Positions 43,070-53,254 of a stretch of 64,000 nt of DNA are shown here, one piece after another (position 1 is the first letter of the stretch; the number at the start of each line of letters is the position of its first letter). This DNA is from a virus. The stretch lies in IMG/VR virus record IMGVR_UViG_3300049216_000067; one strand, 5' to 3'. The notes beneath the pieces are model-generated. The model was given only the letters and a program-made list of their open reading frames with translations, did not search any database and was not told the origin of the DNA. The translations under genes and the position numbers were made by a program.

Positions 43070-43098
43070 AGTGTATCACAATTCTTAAGAATGTAAAC
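43070..43098 (-). promoter_or_regulatory. T4 early-type promoter GTTTAC...TACACT
   Basis: Matches T4 early -35 GTTTAC with 17-nt spacer. Confidence 0.6.
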
Positions 43099-45477
43099 CT
43101 ATTCTGCAATATCTGCTGCAAATTCTTTAATAATCATCTTTGAATTCATTTTCCTTTTCTGATGATCAATGAAATTCTTACCCATATCAGCGGCAGAATA
43201 ACCAGGATAGTAGCCCATATCACCGCGATAAGTCATCGTCTCAGTGTTAACATAATAATAGTTATCATAACCAAGGTTAGGTACTGAAATGTAGCCATTG
43301 GCATCCAAAAACTTACTATGCTCAGTAATATTTTTCTTCAGATCAACATTGCCTATTAGCCTCTGTCGAATATGACTATATGTGGCGAAATAATAACCAA
43401 TGTGACGGCAATTGGTGGTCTCTGCAACAAGTCTGGTAAGTGCTGTCTGGTAAGACAGTATGTTCTTGTTGTCGGTTAGCACGCCAATCTTAGAATTGAA
43501 ATCTCTGACACCAATACGAGTCTTGGTGAGTTCATCGTAAGGAACAGAAGAATAATTCTCACCATTGCGAATGTCACCATAGCCATCACCATCGGACAAA
43601 TAAATCACATTGGTGATATCAACGTGATGTTTATTCTTAAACTCATCAATGATGTACTTAGATGCCACCAAGGTCTCGTTAAACGGTGTACCACCTAGTT
43701 CAAAACCACAAGCTGTTATGTTTCCCTGATAGGTAGGTTCATTAAAGCATGCGCTAGATTGTGGATCACGATCACGATGATTACTAATCTGTGCAATGAC
43801 ATTGAGCATTGTAAATGCTTTCTTGTACGCATTACCGCTAAGGCTAGAAGAAATCAAATGTCTCAAATTGAAATGACTATCACCAAAAGTGAATCCACCA
43901 TTGACAGGTGTAAACATCATTTTAGAGTTCACACCAAAATTGTAGCTATGTATATCACCAAAGCCGTATACGTCGAACGGGATACCAATACGACGACAGA
44001 AAGTGCAAAGAATCAACACTTGTTCAAGAATTTCACGGACAAGCATTGACATAGATCCACTAAAATCTAAAAACATGATCATGCCGTGAGACTTACCCTT
44101 AGTAATAGTGGTCACCTTGCGAAACACATCCATCGTCAACTTGTAGCGAGACAATTTCTTATCGTCCAATTCACCAGTCTTAGCAGTCAATTGGCGAGCG
44201 TATTGATTGGCATTCTTACGCATCTCGAATTCTTTCACGAGCATCCCAATGAAACCTTTGTTGCGCTTATGGAAAGCCGCATTGAGGCCACTGGATACTT
44301 CAGAGTAGTTCATCGGTGCTTTAACATTAGTCAGTCCGCGCGGATTACTGTTTTGGAACTGAGCAACAATAGAGGTTTCATACTTACCGACAACCATCTT
44401 ATGAGGGACAATAATCGTCTTGAGATTCGCCTTAGGAATATCAAGGTATAGGATGCCCTCGCCATGTTCATTAACTAGATCTTTTTCCTGTTCACGAAAA
44501 AAATCGTCAGTCTCAGACGTAGGTTCTTCGTTTATCTCATCTTCATTTTTACCGGCATTCTTACCACCAGGTTTTTGATTATCATTCTCTTCAGATTCAT
44601 CATCAGATTCTGATTCACCTTCTCCATCCTCAGAGTCACCGTCAGAATCGTCTGATTCATCGGTGCCATCACCTGAGCCACTATCGTTTTCATCAGAATC
44701 GTCAGAGTCTCCAGACTCATTGTCCTCAGAGTCACCATCCTCAGAATCATCGTCACCTTCATCTTTAAATTTATCTTTGGACTTCTCTTTAGACTTTTCG
44801 GACTTATCTTTTTTTGACTTGTCCTTTTCGCCTTTGTTATCGTTCTTGTTCTTCGTCTTCTCAGGTTCTTTGAATTTGGCATAGTCATAGATATCACGAG
44901 CAAGCTGAGCAGCTTCTTCAAAGGTTTCAATGTTCTCAGCACGGTCAACAAATACCTTTTCTTCTTTGTCGAAAGAAATATGTAGATGGGCACCAACTTT
45001 GAAAAATAGATTGATACGGTCGATCAAGCGCAAGCTTGAGTAGTCACCTTTAAGCCTAGAAACTCCGAAAAAGTCGCGTTCATGGAGTGACTTGTAGGCT
45101 TCCGCAAACGGACGACGCAAGCCTGGATACTTACGTTTGATGATTTTCTCGATTCGAGCATCTTCAACGACGTTCAAAAAGCTTTTAATTTTAGGACGAG
45201 ACTTGTCCTTAGCGTCATTGGTGATCGTGTCATGCCAACCCAAAAGCGGCGTGTTGAGTGCATGACTAATTTCATGACCCATAAGCAAATCGTAAATGTT
45301 GCCGTCCATCTCTTGCCAAACGGGACAATGAAGGACACGATTTTTTAAATCAAACTTAGCCGTCTTGATTGGACGGTGACGGACACTGATATTTTCAGTA
45401 GCCATCAACCTGGCTAGGTTGGACTTGTTTTGACTGAGAGTCGGCTTGTCGCGACTTCCAGAATCAAGCTTTTTCAT
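43099..45477 (-). CDS. CobT-like metallopeptidase/vWA protein
   Basis: HEISH, NVVEDARIE, acidic linker, DFSGSM, LSDG. Confidence 0.82.
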   Translation of the reverse strand: MKKLDSGSRDKPTLSQNKSNLARLMATENISVRHRPIKTAKFDLKNRVLHCPVWQEMDGNIYDLLMGHEISHALNTPLLGWHDTITNDAKDKSRPKIKSFLNVVEDARIEKIIKRKYPGLRRPFAEAYKSLHERDFFGVSRLKGDYSSLRLIDRINLFFKVGAHLHISFDKEEKVFVDRAENIETFEEAAQLARDIYDYAKFKEPEKTKNKNDNKGEKDKSKKDKSEKSKEKSKDKFKDEGDDDSEDGDSEDNESGDSDDSDENDSGSGDGTDESDDSDGDSEDGEGESESDDESEENDNQKPGGKNAGKNEDEINEEPTSETDDFFREQEKDLVNEHGEGILYLDIPKANLKTIIVPHKMVVGKYETSIVAQFQNSNPRGLTNVKAPMNYSEVSSGLNAAFHKRNKGFIGMLVKEFEMRKNANQYARQLTAKTGELDDKKLSRYKLTMDVFRKVTTITKGKSHGMIMFLDFSGSMSMLVREILEQVLILCTFCRRIGIPFDVYGFGDIHSYNFGVNSKMMFTPVNGGFTFGDSHFNLRHLISSSLSGNAYKKAFTMLNVIAQISNHRDRDPQSSACFNEPTYQGNITACGFELGGTPFNETLVASKYIIDEFKNKHHVDITNVIYLSDGDGYGDIRNGENYSSVPYDELTKTRIGVRDFNSKIGVLTDNKNILSYQTALTRLVAETTNCRHIGYYFATYSHIRQRLIGNVDLKKNITEHSKFLDANGYISVPNLGYDNYYYVNTETMTYRGDMGYYPGYSAADMGKNFIDHQKRKMNSKMIIKEFAADIAE

Positions 45478-46202
45478 TAGCCACCCAATGGCGCTGTGCC
45501 AAGAAGATCAATGTTCATTGACTCATAGCTAGGAATTTCGATCTTGAGATCAGGAATGCTGAGATTGATTTGCTTCTCCAATTCCGCAACACGACGCTCT
45601 TCAATGACTTTTTGCATTGCCTGATTAATGATCTGCTGCTTTGCATGCGCCTGTCGCTGACGTTCCAATTTCTTCAAATTGGTCTTGACCTTGGACTTAG
45701 CTTTGTCAAGCGTGTAACGATCCACTAGACTAGTGTAGACAATGCCGTTCAAATGATCCAACTCATGAAGAAAGGTGCGAGCGGTCAAACCACCAAAGGT
45801 TTCACGATGAATCTTCCCTAACATGTCCTGATATTCAACTTCAATGGTGTCGGGACGATTGATCTTGAGATACATTCCTTTAAAGCTAAGGCAACCTTCT
45901 TCAAAGGAGACCATACCGGTTGTCGAAATAACTTTGGGATTGAAGCAAGCGTACCCTTGACCGTTAGGGGCACCCATAACGAACACACGATGAAGTAGAC
46001 CACACTGAGGTGCGGCCAAACCAACACCACCATGTTGCATCATCGTTCGAATGAGACCAACAGCCAAGCTGGCTGGATTGACAGAAAGAGATTCGAAATT
46101 GAACTCTGGTGTGACCGTATGCAATACATCGTCATATTTGTCTACCAGCGGATAGATCTGGTATTCGACTTCCGTTCCATCTGACATTTTTTCTAAAGGC
46201 AT
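45477..46202 (-). CDS. def: Peptide deformylase
   Basis: GVGLAAPQ, EGCLS, HELDHLNG. Confidence 0.95.
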   Translation of the reverse strand: MPLEKMSDGTEVEYQIYPLVDKYDDVLHTVTPEFNFESLSVNPASLAVGLIRTMMQHGGVGLAAPQCGLLHRVFVMGAPNGQGYACFNPKVISTTGMVSFEEGCLSFKGMYLKINRPDTIEVEYQDMLGKIHRETFGGLTARTFLHELDHLNGIVYTSLVDRYTLDKAKSKVKTNLKKLERQRQAHAKQQIINQAMQKVIEERRVAELEKQINLSIPDLKIEIPSYESMNIDLLGTAPLGG

Positions 46203-47876
46203 TTAGGTCTCCAATTCGACTATTTCTGAAAAATTGTTTCGCTTCTCAAAACGTATAGTGGCATTAAAACGGTCATGAAGCAACTCTCTATGACTTATAA
46301 CAAAGACATTAGTGCCTTCTGGTAAAGTGGCCAAGATTGAAAGTACCAGATCAGCACCCAAACCGTCAAGAGAGCTATCAAAGATTTCGTCCATAATCAA
46401 TAAGTTAGTATTCATGCTATTTTTAAGCTTGGCAACAGCCCTCCAAGCGAACAGTAAAGCAATGTCGATTTTTTGTTTTTCCCCTTCGGAAAAAGAATCA
46501 TATGTAAAATCGTCTCGATGGCGGGATTTGATCGTTTCATTGAATTCTTCATCGAGTTCAAATGAGATGTGAAAATCCATGGCAGAAAGATACTTATTGA
46601 CCAAACTGTTGATTACCGGAAGGTACTGCTTGATGATCTGGGCCTTGATACCACCATCCTTGAGTAGACCGACCGCTGCTTGATAGTAAGCCTGATCTTC
46701 CAGCAATTGATTTCTTTCATTGTTGAAAGCATCCAATTCATCGTGAAGTTTCTTTGCTTGATTCATCATGTCATCGCTTAGCACGTTCTTAGCTTGGAGT
46801 GCAAGAATCTTCTTACCGTTTTTCATGATCAAATCATTGTTTGTCTTTACCTGATATTGTAAGTCATTCTTTTGCTTAAGTAGCTCACCGACATACTGCT
46901 GCTTCTCTTTCATAGCAGTAAATTGTGCCTGGAGTTCTTTCAATCCGGTTTCACGCTTCTCAATATCTTGAAGAAGATTTCTCATGGTGGTTTCACGAAA
47001 ACTTTCACTGATAGACTGCTTACATGATGGACAATTATCATTGACCTGATAGAACTTCAATTCTTTTTTCTTGTCATTGATTTTCGTATCAATCTTCATA
47101 CCCAATGATTGCAATGCTTGTACGTCACCGACACTGGTATTAGCAATGAGTTCATCAACGTTAATAATTTTAGTTGCCAAGTCGGCATTAGCTATTTCTA
47201 GCTTTTTGATTTCATCATTGAAATGATTAATCTCTTCCTGATTGTTCTTTTCGGCCTCTTTCACGTAAGACTCATGCAATGAGATCTTAGACTTAGCATT
47301 GTCGATGTTGTACTTGTTGCTGATTACATCTTCTTTGACTTTAGTAAACTGATCTTTAGCAATCTTGTTCATTGATGAAAATATTTCGATATCCAAAAGA
47401 TTCTCAATAATATTGCGACGATCTGCGCTCTTCAACTTCATGAAAGGAACAAAACTCTTTGATCCAAGGATCACAATTTGAGTGAAAGCCTTGTGATTAA
47501 ATTTCAATATGTTGTTCTCTAAGTGACTCTGGTAGTCGCCACTGATTGCATCCTGTTTCTGTAGTTCGCCGTCAATATAGACTTCAAATATATTCGGTCC
47601 AATACCACGAATAATCTTGAATGACTTGGGACCAATAGAAAATTCAAGTTCTACTTTAAGACCCTTACCATTAATTGAGTTGACAAGATTTGGTTTGTTG
47701 ATATTTCGAAACGGCTTACCAAACAGAGCAAACGTCAACGCATCGAGCAGGGTTGATTTGCCGTGACCATTCTTACCAACGATCAACGTAGTAGCGTTCT
47801 TATTGAGAACCACTTCATTCCAGGCATTGCCTGTTGAAAACAGATTCATCCACCTAATTACTTTAAAGACTACCAT
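46203..47876 (-). CDS. gp46: Recombination endonuclease ATPase subunit
   Basis: GKNGHGKST, CPSC hook, FSEGEK. Confidence 0.95.
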   Translation of the reverse strand: MVVFKVIRWMNLFSTGNAWNEVVLNKNATTLIVGKNGHGKSTLLDALTFALFGKPFRNINKPNLVNSINGKGLKVELEFSIGPKSFKIIRGIGPNIFEVYIDGELQKQDAISGDYQSHLENNILKFNHKAFTQIVILGSKSFVPFMKLKSADRRNIIENLLDIEIFSSMNKIAKDQFTKVKEDVISNKYNIDNAKSKISLHESYVKEAEKNNQEEINHFNDEIKKLEIANADLATKIINVDELIANTSVGDVQALQSLGMKIDTKINDKKKELKFYQVNDNCPSCKQSISESFRETTMRNLLQDIEKRETGLKELQAQFTAMKEKQQYVGELLKQKNDLQYQVKTNNDLIMKNGKKILALQAKNVLSDDMMNQAKKLHDELDAFNNERNQLLEDQAYYQAAVGLLKDGGIKAQIIKQYLPVINSLVNKYLSAMDFHISFELDEEFNETIKSRHRDDFTYDSFSEGEKQKIDIALLFAWRAVAKLKNSMNTNLLIMDEIFDSSLDGLGADLVLSILATLPEGTNVFVISHRELLHDRFNATIRFEKRNNFSEIVELET

Positions 47877-48921
47877 TCTGTGCCTTGTCGTATATCTGTC
47901 TCATGACAGATTTCATTTTAGTTTTATCCAATGCCATATCGACAGCATCAACATATTTTTCCAATAGGACATGAGTTTGCTCGGCCTGATCGACATTATC
48001 AGTCAACGTCTCCGCGACCTTGTAATCAGTAAAGTCTTCAACAATGTTCAAATCAGCCGGTTCATGTTCATAAAAGTTGTTGATGAATCGATCAAACAAC
48101 ATGTGACTGTTTTTCTTTTTAACGACTACTTTGACATACTTGTCTTTAAATTCAGCATAGTCCTTGGCATCAATCGTATTGATATTTTCATTAGTATCAT
48201 CATAAGCTACTTTGTAGAACATCTTGTGTGGATTCTCTATAAATTCTAATGTCCTCGTTTCCGTATCGAAGATGTGGAAGCCACGCGGATCATCGAAGTC
48301 TGCCCATGTCATTTCGTATGGTGAACCGACATAAAAGATATGTCCATCACTTGAACGGTGATGAAAGTGACCGCTGATGACCATATCATACTTTTTCAGT
48401 TCATCTCTGTTCATACCGTGAATACAAGGAACACCTGCATCCATTTCGAAACCAGTCAATTCAAAATGACCGAAAGCTATCTGAGATCTAGACTCAGCAA
48501 TAAGCTTATTCGTCTCAGCTTGATTATCTGCACAAATCCATGGGAAAAAATCCATACCATCAATAGTTGTCGGTTTATCAATGATGGTAATGTAATTCTT
48601 GTAGTCGGACAACAGCAGCCGTGGGGAATTAATTTGCAGAGTATTCTTGTAGTAACAATCATGATTCCCAATATAGGTAATCATGTGCATATTTTGATCA
48701 TATAAACTATGAAAGAAATACTCGCGGGCGCGATTCAAACTTTGAAAATTAATAAATTTACGACGGTCAAATAAATCACCAGTCTGGATAATATCCCTAA
48801 TACCAAGTTTTACTATAGTTGCAAAGAAAGTTTCTTGATAGAACTTAGCAAAGTTGTCGTGGAAATGCTGGCTATCATTACGACATCCAAAGTGAGTATC
48901 ACCTAAGATTGCATACTTCAT
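47863..48921 (-). CDS. gp47: Recombination endonuclease nuclease subunit
   Basis: GDTHFG, GDLFD, GNHD, GHFH. Confidence 0.95.
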   Translation of the reverse strand: MKYAILGDTHFGCRNDSQHFHDNFAKFYQETFFATIVKLGIRDIIQTGDLFDRRKFINFQSLNRAREYFFHSLYDQNMHMITYIGNHDCYYKNTLQINSPRLLLSDYKNYITIIDKPTTIDGMDFFPWICADNQAETNKLIAESRSQIAFGHFELTGFEMDAGVPCIHGMNRDELKKYDMVISGHFHHRSSDGHIFYVGSPYEMTWADFDDPRGFHIFDTETRTLEFIENPHKMFYKVAYDDTNENINTIDAKDYAEFKDKYVKVVVKKKNSHMLFDRFINNFYEHEPADLNIVEDFTDYKVAETLTDNVDQAEQTHVLLEKYVDAVDMALDKTKMKSVMRQIYDKAQNGSL

Positions 48922-49280
48922 TCTTTAATCTCCAAAATCTTGATGCCTAAATCAGCGCATTGCTTTTTCATGTTGGCAGTACCTGTGCCGCCAGGAAAGG
49001 CAATCAAGAGTTTCAATCCGGACGTTGCCATCTCTTTGTTTCTGAGATGACCAGCTGCCTTACCGTAGGTGTCCCAATCGGCTTTGTAAATCTCATATTG
49101 GTCTGGAGGAAGAGTATCAGCGGCCCAGGTGCGAGCATGTTTGTCAGCACCGCGAGCACAACCCACCACAAGAAACATCTTGTCTTCTAAACGACTATAG
49201 GCCAAGTCTAAAACATGTCTAACCTTGGCTTCGTTGGCGTAGTCTCGACCACCTGTTATTCCAATGCGGATTTTCTTCAT
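48918..49280 (-). CDS. SLOG-family protein (DUF2493/YspA-like)
   Basis: ITGGRDY, GCARGAD, ADW..YGKAAG..RN, AFPGGTGT. Confidence 0.85.
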   Translation of the reverse strand: MKKIRIGITGGRDYANEAKVRHVLDLAYSRLEDKMFLVVGCARGADKHARTWAADTLPPDQYEIYKADWDTYGKAAGHLRNKEMATSGLKLLIAFPGGTGTANMKKQCADLGIKILEIKE

Positions 49281-49287
49281 CCAAACA

Positions 49288-49869
49288 TTATATGCTTAAT
49301 TGAGTAAAAACTCCATAGTAAGCAGTACCATAGCAGCCTTGCTCGGCTAATTTGACGGTAGAACCTTTGGCACCAATCCATTTATTAAGATTAGCTTCTG
49401 TGAGTTCATGAGGATGACCATCATGGGCAGGAATATCGATCCATTCAAATAGTCTTAAAATTGGTGCAGCAGCAAAGGCATTCTTGATGATCTTTTCTGG
49501 ATCGATAGCATGTTGCATGCAGTTGTAGATCCAGACTTCATCATAATGTCTTAAAGCTAAACCGTTTTTAGCGATATCTTCACCTGGCATGATAACCACA
49601 GTGATATTCATAAGCTTGTATCGATCAACCGTCCATTGTGGATAGGCAATCGGATCAACAACCGTTCCACGCTTTAATCCTTTAGTCTTTAACAGCATTG
49701 ACGATGGTCCACCACCGATATCCATGATGATCTTATTATGGACAGGAAAGGAATAGTGTTCACGTTGAAGACCCATGTACTTGGCATACACGTAGTGCTT
49801 CTGGTCTTCATCGAAGGTGTTGCAACAGTTGCCCCAGTAATCTTCTTCGAACTTATAATCTTCACTCAT
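49288..49869 (-). CDS. Class I SAM-dependent methyltransferase-like protein
   Basis: MDIGGGP, VVDP, NCMQH..DP. Confidence 0.75.
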   Translation of the reverse strand: MSEDYKFEEDYWGNCCNTFDEDQKHYVYAKYMGLQREHYSFPVHNKIIMDIGGGPSSMLLKTKGLKRGTVVDPIAYPQWTVDRYKLMNITVVIMPGEDIAKNGLALRHYDEVWIYNCMQHAIDPEKIIKNAFAAAPILRLFEWIDIPAHDGHPHELTEANLNKWIGAKGSTVKLAEQGCYGTAYYGVFTQLSI

Positions 49870-50476
49870 TGGTTTCTTCAATAGATTCCAGAGATACTTC
49901 ATCTTCCATGGCTATCTCCAATCCCTTTTTCTTTTTAGGAAGCGCCTTCTTGGCTTTAGCACGTTCCTGAGATTCTTCATACTTACCAATGAAGTCAGTG
50001 ATGTTCTCGTATAGCTCAAACTGTTCACCTGGATTGTCTTCATCACTGTATTCGGCATCGTGAAGGACACCGGCTTGCTGTGTAGCTTTGTATTTGATGT
50101 AGAGATGCTTCTTTTCACGTTGGATTCTACGAACAAACGCATAAAAAGTAATTTTAGAAAAGTAAGCAAATGGATACTTGGACTTCTTAGGATCAAAGTT
50201 ATCAAAGTACATAATACAATTTTCAATAGCATCACCAATCATGTCTGCTTTGAAAGTGTATTGACTAAAATTAGGCTTATGTGAAAGATTAATAGCAATC
50301 AATTGAATTTGTTTGCCAATAGAATCAGGAATCTTTGGTTTAGGTAACTTGGCTCTCTTAGCTGCTCGACACTCTTTACGATATTGAGTGATAGCTGCCA
50401 ACATTTCTTTGTTGTTGACATATGGAGTTGTATCTTTGGATGTGGTGCTTAGTTCTGGGATGAACTTGGATGTCAT
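49862..50476 (-). CDS. gp55: Late-transcription sigma factor
   Basis: YVNNKE, PNFSQYT, DAIENC, PFAYF. Confidence 0.93.
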   Translation of the reverse strand: MTSKFIPELSTTSKDTTPYVNNKEMLAAITQYRKECRAAKRAKLPKPKIPDSIGKQIQLIAINLSHKPNFSQYTFKADMIGDAIENCIMYFDNFDPKKSKYPFAYFSKITFYAFVRRIQREKKHLYIKYKATQQAGVLHDAEYSDEDNPGEQFELYENITDFIGKYEESQERAKAKKALPKKKKGLEIAMEDEVSLESIEETNE

Positions 50477-50579
50477 TATGAAAGACCTTTATTATTTTTA
50501 TTGTGGTCACGAAATTCATAATGAATAGAAACCGTCTAAGTAACTATAATACCTAATAGGATATTAACACTTATATTTC

Positions 50580-50905
50580 ACTGATGGTCATAGGATTAAC
50601 CTAGCAAACTTAATTGCAGTTAATCTCAGGACCAGGAGTGACATTTCACTAGGGTTCTTAGGTACAACCCCCAACCTGCCGACAGGACTACTTAATGGCC
50701 TTCAGAACTCTGACCAACATACTTCGGGTTTCCTGTCTACTTGAGTCCCTAGCGTGTGTGTATGTAACCCTTCTCACGCATGTAAGATCCAGACGAACGG
50801 CTTTCACGGATAATCTGGAAATCTCTCGATCTGCAATCGAGCGTCGTATGGCAAGGTATGTTTGGTTCGATGAACCGGTGCTCAAAGGCTAGTTGTATGC
50901 TTAAT
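50580..50905 (-). ncRNA. Putative structured RNA / long leader upstream of gp55
   Basis: No credible ORF, upstream promoter 50914-50942, multiple hairpins. Confidence 0.45.
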
Positions 50906-50942
50906 ATAAACTTATCTTAACAAACACTTTCTTTAATGTCAA

Positions 50943-51119
50943 TTACTTCTTGACTTGCTGTCTCGTAATGAACGGTGTAATAGCAGTTCCATCCTTGGCC
51001 TTCACTTCGACGTACTGGCCAGGTGTAAGAGTTGCCATGATATGGATTCCGTCCAAAGCCAAAAGTTCAAGAACTTCACCTTGGGTCGATTTGTTTTGTA
51101 TGTAGATTGAGGCTGTCAT
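50943..51119 (-). CDS. 58-aa hypothetical protein (not in ORF track)
   Basis: MTASIYIQNK...; AAGGA RBS, overlaps uvsW stop. Confidence 0.55.
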   Translation of the reverse strand: MTASIYIQNKSTQGEVLELLALDGIHIMATLTPGQYVEVKAKDGTAITPFITRQQVKK

Positions 51120-52645
51120 TTTGGGTCCTTTAATTCTATTGCGTAGTGTGAAGTATTAAACTTCTCATTGGTGTAAAGCTTCATTCGCTTGACGTAGTGG
51201 TCAAGTGTGTAGTTGAAATCGTCTCTTGCATTTTCTCTAAAGTCGTCTGCGATATCGTACAACGTAGCGGTTGTTTTCCCATCTCCAAGACCGAGAGAGC
51301 GTCCAATACTTTGTAATGTTCTGATCTTCGCTTTTGTAGGTGTGGCGAGAATGATGTTGTGTAGGTTGCGGATAGTAATTCCGGTACTGAACACAAATGA
51401 TCCCACGATAATAGCATCTCGTTCACCGTCAACGATTCTACGGATTTCTTCTCGGACATCGGTTTCCGTAGTACCATTAACAAAGTATACTTTTCTTGCA
51501 CTTCCATTCAATTTATCCTTAATAAGATCGTATATTATACGACCATGTTTTTCATAATGAAACATCAACAATGTATTACCTTCGAGAGAAATGGCTAGAT
51601 TTCGAATAAATCGATTCCTAGGAAGGTAATTGATTATATAGTCCATCTCTGCTTTATAACCGGCAGCGGCACTGATTCCGGAAACCAATAGTCTGACTTT
51701 ATCTTTGGTACCGATAGGGTATTTAAGAACAAGACTTTTAATAGATAAAGTAGCAATGTGTCCATCATCCATTAATTTCTTGGTTGTGGTTAGTTTTGAA
51801 ATAGGACCAAAATAACCTTCAACCTTAAGATTATTCACATCCTCTTCATGGGTCGTACCTGTAGTTGCCAATCGATAAGATGCATTGACGCATCTTCCGG
51901 CAACCTTACCTATCTCGGAAGCTGAAAATGTATGGGCTTCGTCGCCTATAATGTAGTCGAACTGTTCAAAGAACGTATTAGGCAGCTTATAGAGGCTTTG
52001 CCACGTAGATATCAAAAGTTGAGTGCCTGGGAGCACCTGATTGCTATAACCTTCGTAAAGCCTCTGTACGCGGTCCTGTACCGGCCATTGGTTGGCGCTA
52101 GAGTAATCCTCGAAGTCCGTGTACATCTGCTCTACGAGGCTTGTGGTAGGAACCACGAGCAATCCCCTAGAACATTTACTGCCCAGTAAATATCGAACGT
52201 AACCATAAATCATGTAGCTTTTACCGGATCGAGTCGGACTGATCATGGTTAAACGTTTGTAACGAATAGCTTTGGCTAAACCGATTTCTTGATATTCCCT
52301 GGCTTCAAGTGATTCACCACGACTGTGGATATTCAAACTCTTAAGAAACTCTTTGGCTTCTAATCTTGAAAAATCGTTGTATAAGAATATTTCCCGGTTG
52401 AATCCAATTGTATACTTACGTTCCCTGGCAAAATCAAACAGGTATTTGAGCAATCCGCTATAGAGGTATCGAGTTCGAAGATTGTATAGACGGACGTATC
52501 CATCCCAGCCTTTTCTTCCACCTGGTGTGAATTGAAAGTTTGGTTTTTGAAATTTGAAGAATTCACTGAGTTCTTTTTCGATGCCTGGATCTGCTGTAAC
52601 TTTCGTGTAAACTTCATTAATCTTTTGAAGTTGAATGTCCGTCAT
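51116..52645 (-). CDS. uvsW: SF2 RNA-DNA/DNA helicase
   Basis: SPTRSGKS, DEAH, LQSIGR. Confidence 0.93.
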   Translation of the reverse strand: MTDIQLQKINEVYTKVTADPGIEKELSEFFKFQKPNFQFTPGGRKGWDGYVRLYNLRTRYLYSGLLKYLFDFARERKYTIGFNREIFLYNDFSRLEAKEFLKSLNIHSRGESLEAREYQEIGLAKAIRYKRLTMISPTRSGKSYMIYGYVRYLLGSKCSRGLLVVPTTSLVEQMYTDFEDYSSANQWPVQDRVQRLYEGYSNQVLPGTQLLISTWQSLYKLPNTFFEQFDYIIGDEAHTFSASEIGKVAGRCVNASYRLATTGTTHEEDVNNLKVEGYFGPISKLTTTKKLMDDGHIATLSIKSLVLKYPIGTKDKVRLLVSGISAAAGYKAEMDYIINYLPRNRFIRNLAISLEGNTLLMFHYEKHGRIIYDLIKDKLNGSARKVYFVNGTTETDVREEIRRIVDGERDAIIVGSFVFSTGITIRNLHNIILATPTKAKIRTLQSIGRSLGLGDGKTTATLYDIADDFRENARDDFNYTLDHYVKRMKLYTNEKFNTSHYAIELKDPK

Positions 52646-52778
52646 TTACTTCCAATTCGTCATCAAGAGGATCACTAAGACCGGCAGCACCGCCCAAACT
52701 ATTGGTAAGAAATCTTGCAATTATGAATGACACAAGAAGTGTAAATATGACTCCGCATCCGAATCCTAGTAAGAACAT
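52617..52778 (-). CDS. Small membrane protein
   Basis: N-terminal TM helix. Confidence 0.5.
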   Translation of the reverse strand: MFLLGFGCGVIFTLLVSFIIARFLTNSLGGAAGLSDPLDDELEVNDGHSTSKD

Positions 52779-53227
52779 TATTGTCCCCTTATAAATTTTT
52801 CCCAAGCCATGTATTCACGTAGCTGGAACGTCCTTGAATTAAGCTCTTTACAAACAGCCGTACAAAATGAAATGGCTTCTTCGTTAGCAATCATATTTTT
52901 CTTCAGATCGATCAAATCTTGATCAGCGTCAAGATAGGCACTTAGATCTGGTTTGTTTACCAGTGCTGGAAAAGCTTTCCAACCTTTTTCTTTAAGAACA
53001 TCAGTGCCGTTCAAACGCCCTGAATAGTATTCGACTTTCAATTTCTTCAATTGATCAAAGTCAAATTTCTTCATTTTAAGAGAAACGGAGTGAGCCGTTA
53101 TTTGAGTCACGTATTTAGAATGCAGAACAGGAATTCTTACGATTTCTAGTTGTGGATCTGTAGTATTAATGACTGAATCGGCTTGCCATTCTTCTAATAG
53201 TTTTTCTAATGATATGCATTTCATCAA
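52778..53227 (-). CDS. uvsY: Recombination mediator
   Basis: IP.LHSKY, YYSG, W.KF..G; synteny. Confidence 0.88.
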   Translation of the reverse strand: MMKCISLEKLLEEWQADSVINTTDPQLEIVRIPVLHSKYVTQITAHSVSLKMKKFDFDQLKKLKVEYYSGRLNGTDVLKEKGWKAFPALVNKPDLSAYLDADQDLIDLKKNMIANEEAISFCTAVCKELNSRTFQLREYMAWEKFIRGQ

Positions 53228-53254
53228 GACAGTATATCACAAATAACTTTAATA

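Noticed and set aside
44580-44860. Short imperfect direct repeats
   Set aside because: Explained by the Asp/Ser/Glu/Lys low-complexity linker of the vWA protein
12745-47876. Introns or inteins in nrdJ, thyX, gp41, gp43, gp46
   Set aside because: Lengths are normal and frames uninterrupted
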